Assembly (NCBI RefSeq): GCF_006345805.1
Contig: NC_042997.1
Span: 57,784,001 to 57,848,000 of the forward strand
Length of the DNA: 64,000 nt
From: Octopus sinensis
Lineage: Eukaryota
Reading direction: 5' to 3'
Shown: piece after piece, positions 1-12,389 of the stretch
Layout: the number at the start of each line of letters is the position of its first letter
Numbering within the stretch: the stretch's first letter is position 1
Made by a program: the position numbers and the translations under genes
The notes under the pieces: generated by a model
The model's input: only the letters and a program-made list of their open reading frames with translations
Databases searched by the model: none
Told to the model about the DNA's origin: nothing

Positions 1-26
1 AAGCTTGTGTTTATCTTCATCTCTCG

Positions 27-60
<34 letters not shown>

Positions 61-3000
61 TTACGAGTTCAGGGGAAAAAATCAAGGAAATTTCAATCGA
101 CTAGAATATCTTGTTTGGGGAGATTTCGTAAAAATGGGAGTGGAACGGAGTAATTATTATTATTATTATTTTTATTAATAAAGAAAATAAGTAAGTTACT
201 GAATATCATAGGTAAACATGTTGTGTATGTGTAAGACGTATAGTTAGTATTTTAATGAAGAGAGCAATTTGCTTACTGTGCAGTCAATGAGTTCCACTAG
301 ATTGTAGTCACATTACTTTAGGATTTAGAATTTTCGCCAAGTTATTCCACTTACGACCACACATTATAGTTTTAAAAAAAACATCATTGAGTGACAGTGC
401 ATCCATTTCAACAGTGTACATAAATGAATGTGCATTTCCCTGTAAATAGCAATATAAAACTCTGAAACTTGAGAATAATATAAAATTTAATGGCTAGAAT
501 ATATATGAGGGTACATACAATTTTGTATAGTTTTTCACTAAGACAGAATTACAGCTAAGTTCACACTTTTATGTTAGCGTAGAAATAAAGTTCACAAGTC
601 TTCATTTGAGCATAATTATGAATAAATATTAACAGTTTGATCATCAAGGAATAAAACAGTAAAAAAGGAATGACGAGATGTCGAACTAAAAAAGTGTAAA
701 ATGCCTCTCAGCTTTTACCGGAGAGAACTTACCTTAACTCGCAAAATTTATATTAGATCATAATGAGGAGTAAATCAGCCTTATAATCCATTGGAATAAT
801 ATGATCCTTAGCTATCGGAAAGGGTATTGGCTTTCCGAAAAAGAATACATTTTGGAAAGAAAAATAACCTTATTTCTTAAACCCTAAATTAAGGGAAATT
901 TTCACTAACCTACCACTTAATGCAAGATGTGAGTTGATTGGTTGAAATAGTTATGTTCGTCTTTTGTTATGGAACGGTGATCAGCCCAAATTTGTTAACG
1001 CTTATAAATCTTCTGGAATTAGTTATTTTACGCATTTATATATATAATTTCATAGTTATGGATACTGATATGAAATGATAACATATTTTTAATTAGGAAT
1101 AAAACAGTATGTCCATTGAACTGAAATGTACTTCGTTATAAAACAATATTTGACCTCTGCAGTAGCGAAATATTAGGACCAGGTTTTAGAGAGAACTGAA
1201 ACTAGGAAACAAGACACGCCTAGATTTGCCAAAAAATTCAATTACCATTTATGGAATCTGCCTAATATATCTGACCAGTATTCTCAAAAATTTCTCCTCT
1301 TTTTCTTAAAAAGAAATAATGTATTTCCTTTTAACTCTTCGTATATTTACATTATTTCAAAAGTTATTTCAACTTAATATTCATTAATTTAATATAGTTA
1401 TTTATCAAGTATTAACATAGTTCCATCTTTCGACATTTTTCAAGAAAGGAAGGGGAGAAAGTCTGGAAAAAACTAAATAGTTATAAGAAAACAAAATCCA
1501 AAAGAAAATTTATAAGATCTTATAACCCAATTATCCATTGTATTTACATTAAAAACTAGCATGGTAAAATATTGTTTTGTTTATTTTCTGTCATCACACT
1601 AGTTTCTTTAAAAGGTTTTACTGCATACAGATATTAAAAATATAAGAATATATTTGTAATTGAATAGATATGCATTTATATATAATAATAATAATAATCT
1701 TTTCTACTATAGTCACAAGGCCTGTAATTTGGTAGGAGGGGCTAGTTGATTACATCAACTCCAGTATTCAAAAAGATAGAAAGTAAAGTCAACCTTTTGA
1801 ACTCAGGGATTTGAACTCAGAGCATAAAATACTTAATTTATTGACCTCTAGAGATGGTGTCTTATCAGGAACAGTTAAAATATTACAAAAGGCAGTCGAT
1901 TATTAGAATAATAAAAGGCAAAGAGGAGACTGCTTGATACTAAGGTTGTTAGTTGGAGCTTAATATCAAAACAGAAAAGTGGCCAGGTTATAAGAACTAT
2001 CCTGGTACCAGCAATTTTGAGGTAAGAGGATAAGTTATTGAATCTAGTACTTGACTGGTTCTTTATTTTATCAAGTCTGTGTGGGATGAAAGGCAAAGTT
2101 GACCTTAGTAAGGTTTGAACTCAGAATGTAAAAAGCCAGGACAAACAGCGCAGAGCATTTTTCTGACATTCTGACAAGTCTGTCAGCTCATTACCAATTG
2201 ATTGTTATTGTTGTGTATCTTCAGGTTTCAGTCCTGATCAAGCAGGATATAGCATGCAAGGAGCCTTTCAAATGACATGATGCAATCCACAAATCCATTT
2301 TTTCAGTTATATCATGTCTCTACTTAGTCCAGCATGTAATGATGATTATATGGGATGCACCATGATAGTCTGGGCATTTTACATTCTCTCTACTGCCCAG
2401 TCTATTTTTACACGTCCATAGTTTATGGTGCTTGATACACAATGTGTGGGTAAACTGAACTCTGTCAGAGTTCAATAAGTATTTCTCTATACTTATTGTT
2501 GATGGTGTACATCTCAGCATGTGGGGGTGGGGGTGAAGTGGTGGTGGTAGTAGTAATGGTGGAGGCACTGAGGATAATGGTGACACTTGTGCTAGTGTTG
2601 GTGGTGATTATGATGATAGAGGTATCAATGGTGGTAATTATAGTGTTATAGCAGTGGTGGCTGTATTGCTAGTAGCAGTAATGACAGTGGCAATTTTGGC
2701 ATTGTCATCAGTGAAATGTGTCAGTGATTTATGACTTTAATTAAACCCTACCTGAAACATTATACCTCAAGTCTTGTCTCCAGAAGATTCATCACACTAC
2801 GATATCCTACCTCAAGAATTATAATCCTGCCAAAGTCTAGTAATATGAACATAATTTTGGTCAATCAGCAACAACAGTAAAAAGTTAAAAGTGAGCTTCT
2901 AAATGGTTGCTCAACCTGATAAAAATAGCAGTGAGGCTTCTTAATTTCCTGAAACTCACCGTTTCCCAGAAATTGAGAAATATAAAACAAAACTGAAAAA

Positions 3001-5572
3001 AATGGAGGGTCTGTTCCTCTAAATTTTCCAGTAATAAATCCTAATATTATCTTTAAGCTCTGAAACAAACTTTATTTTGTTTATTAAAGAGTATACTTAA
3101 AAAACATTTTAACAAGTTATTAAAAAAAAATTAAAATTTCCTGAATTCTCAAAAGTGTTTCAATTAGATTGAAATTATTGCCTTTAGAGGCATATATTGT
3201 TGAGATGTTGTACTATTTTGTGGCAGAGATCTACCACAGAAAAAAACACTCTGATTTGATGGAAATTAGGGGAATGGTAATGAAAGTTATGGAACAGTCT
3301 TTACAAGTCTAATAACTTCAAGCATTTTCATCTCTTGGACAATGTTATTTTGATTATAAGATGGTTGAATGTTCTCTTGATTGTTTTAACATTTTTGTTA
3401 ATTTTTTTTTATGAAGTTGGCATTTCAGTTACCTTGCATTTGGATTCAGAATGGAACATTGGGATTCTTCTGACAAAATGATAAACATTCTTCCATGCAG
3501 TTTCTTTGTGATATTTTGCAGTTAATTTTCTGAGTCAAGAGTATCCAAAATTGAAAGATTAGAAGAGAATATAGATTTGCCATCAATAAAATTAGATTTT
3601 TAAAATTCCTTTGTTGCTTCATTCTTTTCTTCACACATTGTCTTGGCTAAAGGGACACTGTAGTACTTTGTTGATTCAATCCTTGCAGAATATAACAAAT
3701 ATGCCTTCTGTAGAAATCAAGATTGAATCCTTTTGATCTAGTTTTTCAAATTCCAGTATTGAGTCCAATTCTGATATAACAGCAAGAACAGCATTAAATT
3801 CTTTGCCTGAAAAGTCAAGTGGTTGCTTGCTATCAATTCTAACTTTTGCAATAACAGCCTTTAAGGAATGAGAATCATTTTAACATTGTAAATAAACTAT
3901 TTACTATAAACTATTTGTCTCTGTCCACTTGATTCAAAACTGTAAAGGCAATCATATATAAAATATATACAGTGGATCCTTTGCTAACGAACACTTTTCT
4001 GTTAATTTGGCAACAAATATAATCATGTCAATGAACGATTTCCATAAAAATTTCCCAAATTAAAATCTAAGGCAATAAAAAAAATCATTAGGGTCCGCCC
4101 ACACAAATTACATATGCTTGTGTTCAGCTGTAGACATGAAAAGCTTAATGTTGAATCATTTCCCTTTGTTCACACTGTTGTTCATTATGTGTCAAAATGA
4201 AAGTAAACAAAACTCATAAAGATTGAAATGACATAAGGAGAATTTGATTCTCTAAAGCAAAGGTTCTAAATGGAGGCCATATGGAGCTTGAAGGGGCTGT
4301 TTTGGAGAAAAGGAGCGTTAAGAGACTTGGGAAGGGGCACTGGAAGACCCTTGTCTTTGGTAAGTTTAATTTCAAATTAACAAGTAGTAGCCATATTTTC
4401 ACATCTCTGAGACAGTCGGTTTTAAAAAACCATGCCTTTTTGTTTCAAATTTTCAAAAACTTAATAAACACTTTTTCCACTTTGATGACAAGTAAATTCC
4501 TGGTACCATGTGTAACTGTTGTTGCTAAAGTGAAACCCCCAAAACAAAAACAAAAACTAAAAACAGATTAATAGTGACAGATAATTAAGAGAAAAAATAA
4601 TGAATAAAAGCAAAAAGCTAAATGTGTGTGTGTGTGTGTTTGAATGCAAATATATAAAGAATGGTGGTTAGAATTTTGGATCAAAATGGCTTTTGGGAGT
4701 GGATGATAGATATGTATTTGTGTATGTGTGTGTATGTATGGGTACGTTTGTATGTATATGATTGCATGTGTTGCCATTTTGAATTCCTTTTTGCGATTGA
4801 ACTTAAATAGACCTATGGCTATTAAAGACCCCACATACACATACACACACAGCCGCACACATTTGTTTTAGGCTTTGGCTCATTTGAACTGTTGCTATAC
4901 ACCAGAAAACATGGTACTGAAATATAAATTTTGAATTTGTTTTAATTATAAAATTACACCCCAGCTAAAAACATCTTTTGGCTTTGGAAAACAGAACCTT
5001 TTCTTTGTGTTTCTATATTTTTTGTCAAGTTAGAATTTCTCTGTTTTGGTCAGGATTTTCCAATTTCCTGTATCAAGCAATGGACAGAGGCATTAAAAAA
5101 AATTAAATTCATAGAGCCAAACAAAGTCAAAAATATTTATTTTAATCATAATGATGGAGAGGAATAAACAATTTCCCTTCCCTTAATACTAACAAGAGCA
5201 TAGTATGAGGGAGATTTGGCTGTTATTTCTAGCAAATTAAACAACCATACAGAGAATACCTCATTGGCTCATTTGTAAACAAAAACTAAAGGAAAAACAG
5301 ACACACACACACATGAATGGGTGGAGTTATGATGTAAGCATGTGCTAAAACCCCTCATAACTTTTGTACTTTTACGAACTTTTACAAATTTTTTCGATTC
5401 TGTCTTCTGCATAATGAAACTGATATGATTATGCAACAATAACAACAAAAAAAATCTTCCCCATATGTTTTTTAATTCATGGATTTAAAATATGGACAGT
5501 CTGAATCTACCATTCGTTTCTCTTTATAATTTCCAAATAATTTTTTCAACACTTTTATGGAAGAAATTAACA

Positions 5573-5948
5573 GGCACAAGAGTGGCTGTGTGGTAAGTAG
5601 TACCAACCGCATGGCTCTGGGTTCAGTGCCACTGCGTGGCACCTTGGGCAAGTGTCTTCTATTATAGCCTCAAGCCGACCAAAGCCTTGTGAGCGGATTT
5701 GCTAGACGGAAACTGAAAGAAGCCCGTCATGTATATATGTGTGTGTGTGTGTCTGTGTTTGTCCCCCCACCATCGCTTGACAACCAATGTTATTGTGTTC
5801 ATGTCCCTGTAACTTAGCAGTTCAGCAAAAGACACCGATAGAATAAGTACTAGGCTTACAAATAATAAATCCTGGGGTTGATTTGTTCGACTAAAGGTGG
5901 TGCTCCAGCATGGCTGCAGTCAAATGACTGAAACAAATAAAAGAAATG
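5573..5948 (+). mobile_element. Full-length tRNA-derived SINE (abundant octopus family)
   Basis: A-box gtggctgtgtggtaag, B-box gggttcagtgcc, central (TG)n, 3' gcagtcaaatgactgaaac tail. Confidence 0.85.
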
Positions 5949-6229
5949 GAAAAGTAAAAGAAAAATCTTCACACTTTTTCACATAATCCTTTATATGTGA
6001 AATACCAGTGATATGCTGAATGTCCATCAGCAATATTAGAAGACAGACAGCCATGCAGTGGTATGACATATGGTAGATGAAAGCCTTCTTTTTAAGAGGA
6101 AAAACGAAGTTGGAAGAGTGATGAAGAAGTTTTGAATACTTGTGGTTGTCGTAACCGATACTGTGACAGTTTTGTATGTGTATGTGCATAAAGATATAAT
6201 TAAAACAATACATATACACCCACGTATAT

Positions 6230-6237
6230 GTACATAC

Positions 6238-6296
<59 letters not shown>

Positions 6297-6300
6297 CAAA
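6230..6300. repeat. (TA)n/(CATA)n microsatellite (others at 28-59, 21245-21305, 40630-40680, 52485-52508, 54115-54155)
   Basis: Direct inspection. Confidence 0.95.
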
Positions 6301-6338
6301 TGTATTAGTATAGCGCTCAGGAATAGAAATAGAACAAG

Positions 6339-6376
6339 TCTTTTACGTTTCGAGCCTACGCTCTTCGACAGAAAGA
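6339..6376 (-). ncRNA. Minimal type I hammerhead-like motif (variant core CUGUCGA) in a Penelope-type repeat remnant
   Basis: Minus strand reads tcttt CTGTCGA a gagc-gtag-gctc GAAA cg TA aaaga: perfect stem I (5 bp), perfect stem II (4 bp), palindromic AC/GU stem III. Confidence 0.55.
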
Positions 6377-7639
6377 TACACAGAAAAAAAACAAGGAAAG
6401 AAAAAAATGCGTGTAGGAGCTAACGATCTATCATATATATATAAAGCAAAGTCTCATGGTGTGAATTTTCTAAAACTACTTTGGGGACAAACTGTTTTCA
6501 CAATGAATTCCAATTTATTTGGAATCTACTTGATCTGAAGCGTATTTGTAGAAAAGAAATATTTGATTTTCTCAAGGTTATGAAGAAGCAAATCATTGGG
6601 GCACAATTGTGTAATATGCCGAAATATTTATATATATAAACAATGATGTATATAAAACTAACTCTGTAAAAATGTATGTGTGTGTGTATATATTTGTACA
6701 TTTCTGTATTCATTTATACATGTATATATATAAGTTTCAGAAGATATTAGAATAGTGGAATAAAAGTCAGTCATAACACAACATCTTCCAAAAATCTATT
6801 TCCTTAATTTTTAACTACTGTTTCTGGCACACATATTTATGCAATTTTGAAGTATTTAAAAAATTATTTGGAAATTAGAAAGAGAAACGAATGGTAGATT
6901 CGGACTTTCTGTATTTTAAAACCATGAATTAAAAAAAAATTTTGTGTGTGTCAAATTTTTTCTCCAGAAGTTCATGGCTTCATAGGAATAAGCATGGAAA
7001 ACTGCATCAAGATAAGCAATTTTCAGATTTTTTACTTCCTTTTAAAAAATGCAGATTTTGTGAACGAAACAAACTAGATCCTGAATAAGAAATGAATGTT
7101 TAATATGACAAATTTTCAGATTTTTTTTACATCATTTTAGAAGGGGGCTGATTTTGTGACTCAAACTAACTAGATCCAAATACAGTTCTATTAAATACAC
7201 TCTATTTCTTGAGCATAAAAAATCCTCTTCTCAGGTGACAATAACTTATATGTTAGATTGTTGCACAAGCAGTTTTGATAAGGGAAATTGGAAAGGTTTA
7301 AATTAATTTCATCAGTATTTACCAAAGAGCATTCTTTCGATAGACAGCATGTTGATCTCATAAGTGTCACTTGGTGGAAATAAATGCCATTACCAAACTT
7401 TCAATTTGTTATTTTTTTTTTTTGGGGGGGGGGGGGTTGCATTTCAATTTGTACACCTGTACTCCTGACTGCTTACAAGTGCATATGTAAAACGACATCC
7501 TTTATTTTTTAATCATTGAGGTCTGTTATTTCTTCTAAGGCAGAATTATTTTCAAGGCAAAGAAGAGCTTAGATTTTTTTTTCATTAAAAATATGAAAAA
7601 AAACAAATTTCTTAAAAAAAAAAATGAAAATCAATGTTG

Positions 7640-9100
7640 TGATTTGTTCTTTTATAAATATATTCTCCACACAGAAGAAAAAAACCTTGCAAATTTAGAG
7701 CAGAAATAAAGACAGGAATTATTTCTAAGAGAGGAGATGGTGTCAATTTAAATTATCTTAGTCCAGAATATAGCCTGGCCAAACCTGCAATCAGTACTGT
7801 TTTGAGAGAAAAAATATTCAAGATTATTAGTAATCAGTTGCAACCTTAATAATACATATGCCTTGCATACTGATGAGGTGGGCAATCACTTACTAACGTT
7901 GAGATGAAAGACAAACAATTAGATGGTGTTTCAATGTGTTAAATATGCATTTGTGAAAAAGTTAAGCCTCATTACAAGCAGTTTGAGAGAGATACTCTGA
8001 AAACCAATTCTACTGGTTTTGCCTAATAATGAGACAAAACCAGTAGAATTGGAAGCCAGCAAGAGTTGGTTCAAATCTTGTTGAAAGAGTTCTGGTACTC
8101 ACAGTGCTGTGAAGTATGGTAAATCTGTTAATTGCATCAAGAGAACTTATATCACACTGGAAAAGACTAGGTTGTCTGCATACATACTAACCTTACTTTT
8201 CAGCACCAATACCTCAAGGGACTTGGAGGTGAAACCATGCCTAGTGTATAATTCAGAGACTCTCAGTGTCTTTAAGAACATCAACACAAACAAGCTTTGT
8301 GCACAAATGTCTGGATTCCCAGGAACTTATTTATTGCATGGTTCACTAATATGTTTGCTCCCACAGTACATGACTATCTCGAGGAGTAGGGTCTTCAAAT
8401 TAAGGTTCTTCTTGATATGGACAATACTCCAGCACACCCTGCTAGTTTCACAGACTAAATGTCACAGGGATTTGATTTTATCAAAGTCCATTTCCTGTTT
8501 TCCAGAATTACTCTTTCCCTACAGCCCATGGATCAGCAAATGGTAACAAATTTTCAAAAGAGTACATACAAATCATCTATTCAGGGCTTGTTTTAAAGTG
8601 ACATCATCTAGTGTTTTGGCATTAAAAATGTTCCAGAGTAATCACTTCACCAATGCAAATAGTATATGTGTAGTTGTGAAATATTGTGTAGAGCTTTCTT
8701 TGATGTTTGAACTTTTCCCAGAGAGCATTGTGGTCTAATGTCTCTTCAAAATTGTATGTTAGACAATTCTATGAGCTTGGAGGTGAACAAAAAGAACATA
8801 AATGACTTGGGTCAGAAGCAGAGATGAAAACTGTCCATCAACTTCAAGGAACATAATCAAAAAGAGGTTGCATCAATGAAAACTGACTAAACTCTGAGGA
8901 AAACAAAAATGAAAAAAATGTATATCACCATAAGAGCTGAAAGATATGTTTGTCCCTAGTGTGAGTTCATAGAGTAACCTATTTTAGAGGATGTTGAGTC
9001 AGGTGTAAACTATTTTTCTGATAGTGTTGCACTACTTTTAGATTGTCCAAGAAGAGGCTGTGGCAATCTCTTCCAGATAATTTCTTGACAAAAAAAAAAA
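7640..9100 (+). mobile_element. Tigger (pogo superfamily) transposase pseudogene
   Basis: Frame fragments: YSLAKPAISTV (psq-HTH), ASKSWFKS..KSSGTHSAVKYG, MDNTPAHP, LQPMDQQ..TNF, and C-terminal DNFL; many stops and frameshifts. Confidence 0.8.
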
Positions 9101-10428
9101 ATGATTCAGGAATCTTATGCATCAGTTGTTTTCCTTCAGTAACTAACAATCCAAATAATTCACCGGTAGATGATGTTCTAAAAATTTCAAGGAGATGACT
9201 TCTCTTCATTGTCTGTATTATTTCCTTTTCCTCCATTATCCTGCTGCCCTGCAGTTTGGTTAAACAGTCTGCCAAATCCTTTTTGTTCAGACGAATACAT
9301 CAAGCCAGATAGACAGACTCTTGATAATTTATTATTCAGATAGATTGACTTCTAATCACTAGCCATTCAGGCAAACAGGTGAAGTCATATAAATTTTATA
9401 TTCACCATAAAATGCAATAGACAAATTTGTGAATCATGAATCTCCTGATGAAGAATGTACCACTCAAAAGAGATTAGTGATTAGTGACAATGAAATAAGA
9501 GTTAGGTGGATTCAGAGGCACAGGACAATTTGAAGAAGAAAATATGAAAGCTGAAAGATCTTTTAGCCAGACTTCAAAGAAGTGCTCAATGATTTGTACA
9601 ATGAGAGGTAGGTAGAAAATGAACAAAGTACACAGAAGATAGCTGATAGCTTCAACAGGACAACCTACTGCAAACAATAGATCAGTGGGCATGTATTTGA
9701 ACAACAGAGATGAGTAAGGGTATATTTAATATCCTATAAAATAGATTCTCTTGAATTCTGGAAAGTATCTCTGCTTCCAGGGATGGTAGAGCAATTGCTT
9801 TATGACAATTGGAATCAACTCCAAATAAGAAGGGAAGATAATCTCAAGATTTTCCAAAACTGACATGTTCCTCAGGAAAAAAGTCTGATTATTTGGAGGT
9901 AACAGTCATGTTTCTGCTTTGATAGGCATCATCAGTACTACAATTGTACTACCTTATTTCCAACAAAGGGTACATTTAGACATATACAAAATAGAGTAAG
10001 AACATATTTATGGCTTACGTAATTCACATAAAATAAACTGAGCTGAAAGAAGTAAGTTAGAGTGGCTAGTGGCATGTATTTTAAATACATACAAGATAGA
10101 TTCTTGGTTTATGGAAATTATTTCCTTTATAAGAGATCAATCATATTGTAGAAGTTGGGACTAACTTCTAATGAGAAGGATAGATAAGCTCCCAAATCAA
10201 GGATTTATGAGCTTATTTGTCCTTCAAGGTATGTCAAGTTTGGAAAATTGTTCACTCTTGCAGTTCTCCCACTAGAAAGGAGTCAGCAAAAAAAGGAGGT
10301 ACAAAACCAAACTGCATCTTATTTAAGCTAATTTTTTTCTAATAACATTTTCTGTGATTATCTATCTGTTTGTCTGTCTATATATATAAAATAAAGAAGG
10401 CAGCTATACACAATATTAAATCAAAAAG

Positions 10429-10477
10429 TCACTACTGATGAACCTTAATTTTAAGTGAAACTAGACTAATATAGTGA
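10429..10477 (+). ncRNA. Type I hammerhead ribozyme motif, copy 1 (intact core)
   Basis: Stem I tcacta/tagtga; core CTGATGA (10435-10441); stem II a(c)cttaa-tt-ttaagt; GAAA (10457-10460); weak stem III; AUA triplet with predicted cleavage after 10471. Confidence 0.7.
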
Positions 10478-10752
10478 TCTTGCTTGCTGTGGAGTGGCTA
10501 TATCCCCTGTCAGTGTATGGAACTATGCTTCCTTGCAGCTAAGGGCTTTTAACTTTTATTCCTGGCAATGTAGGAACCACCATGCACCATTTAAATTAAC
10601 TGAATTTTCCCTTTTTGGTTTTATATTGCGTCCAGTTGCCCTTGTTATTTTATAATTTTCACATTACCATTTCACTGAATCAGCCATTGGTTCATATGGT
10701 AAATGCTATATACTGATCGTCAGGATTTAGCCAAACCACCCAGCAATGGAAA

Positions 10753-10804
10753 ATCACTACTAATGAGTTTCAATTTTAAGCAAAACTAGACCAGTATAGT
10801 GATC
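10753..10804 (+). ncRNA. Type I hammerhead ribozyme motif, copy 2 (core mutated)
   Basis: Stem I atcacta/tagtgat (7 bp); core CTAATGA and AAAA (G5A, G12A); stem III A-C-T/A-G-T; GUA triplet with cleavage position after 10797. Confidence 0.6.
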
Positions 10805-11311
10805 TTGCTTCGTGTGGGGCAGTTATCTTCCCTGTCAGTGTATGGAACTGTGCTTCCTTGCGATTAAGAGTTTTTAAAACTCTTATTTCTAGCAATGTAA
10901 GTGCTGCCCACAATTAGTGACAATTGAATTACATGCACACACATAAAATATAAGGATAAAATCTGAGATTTTATCGAGTAGCCAGCGTGTAAACCAACTA
11001 AGGAAAAAAAATGAATACAAGGTATCAAACTTTTTCTCTTATATATAAAATACATTATAATATCAAGGGCTATTATCGAGCGTAAAAGCCACCGCTTTAA
11101 TGGGACTCTAAAGCCAAACTAATTCAAGTAGTTTGATTTTAGAATCCCATCAAAGCGTGTGACTTTTACGCACAGTTATAGCCCTTGATATAATACACAC
11201 ACGCACATATATATATATATAGTTCAAATTTACAGAAAATAAAAGACGAAGACAGTTGAGGGAACAATAGGTACGTATATTAGATTAATGTTTGGGAAGA
11301 AAACTGGGATC

Positions 11312-11628
11312 TTTTCGGTTTGAACGGCAGTTTTTAACATAATTTCTAGGTAACTAAAAAATTTTAAACTTCATATACTGGTAGAATGTGTTTATAAAAC
11401 ATCTTTTTCTCTTGGCTTTATTGAGAAAATTCTATAGTTTGTAAGATATTTGTTGTTTTTTTCTTCAATTTCAACCAATCAGTGACGTCTATTGAGTTAA
11501 AAAGCATTCTGTGCCGTATGAATATGTCCCTCGTTTAAGAAACAGATTGGGCTTATTTACATTTGTGAAAAAAAAAAAAGATACCCTTCCCCCACCCCGA
11601 ACGCTAACTAACCCGTTCAAACCGAAAA
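11312..11628. mobile_element. MITE with perfect 16-bp terminal inverted repeats
   Basis: ttttcggtttgaacgg (11312-11327) / ccgttcaaaccgaaaa (11613-11628). Confidence 0.75.
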
Positions 11629-12389
11629 CTGTAGAGAGAACCAAAGAAAAAAAAAAAAGAGAAAAAAATGTGTAGGGATAAAAACTAAAACATATGGCAT
11701 CATTTAATTAGAAAAGAGAATATAAGCATATAAAGTCTCTTGTAGCTGTTTCTAGAACAGCCAAATTGTGGATCATGATATGGAGTGTATATATATGTAT
11801 TATATAAAGTAAGTAGAGTTAGCGGTTGAAATAACCGTCTAAGGGACAATAATATCTGTTCTTACAACGGGTAACAATTATCTATGTTAACCCTGGGCAT
11901 GGGTATGCAAGCACATTATGCTCATAGGGTACAGGTAATAACAGAATAAACAAGAGTTTATCAGGAATCAAATTTAAAATAGGCAGAAAGTGGAGAAAAC
12001 TTTTGATCAACAAATTGACAACATCAGTTAGCAATGTTAAGGTTTGTATTGAAAAATAATTAACCGATGTTGGTCAATTTGTTTGTTGATCAAATGTTTT
12101 CTCCATTTTCTACTTATTATATATATAAAGTCTGCTAGAACTTTGTCAAACCTACTCTACATCATATCTACCTGAAAGAAATGATCAACATACTGGGTTA
12201 TATAGCCCACTATACATTATGCCTTAAAAACTGGATAGGCACTGTTGGAACGCTTATGGTCATAGGTCCGCTCTAGTAGAGCTGACTCTAAGTTAAGCTG
12301 AGTTAAACGATTGAAAGGTCTTTTACACCACATAAATGGAGGAAAACAGATACAAGAGATCATCGAACAAAATATAGCTACAACGTTCT

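Noticed and set aside
3200-3640. Possible second Tigger transposase (CQKNPNVPF resembling QRxxNVPI)
   Set aside because: No supporting DDE motifs in register; retained only as an unidentified decayed frame.
5920-6423. Overlapping Y/I/M/C/V/H-rich ORFs (also 16437-17469, 21241-21489, 40478-40779, 53348-53585, 59291-59696, 63094-63409)
   Set aside because: Translations of TA/CA/CATA microsatellites and minisatellites, which lack stops by construction.
9901-9940. Minus-strand CTGATGA-tgc...gca-GAAA hammerhead-like motif
   Set aside because: No valid NUH triplet in register with a helix I; helix II is only 3 bp.
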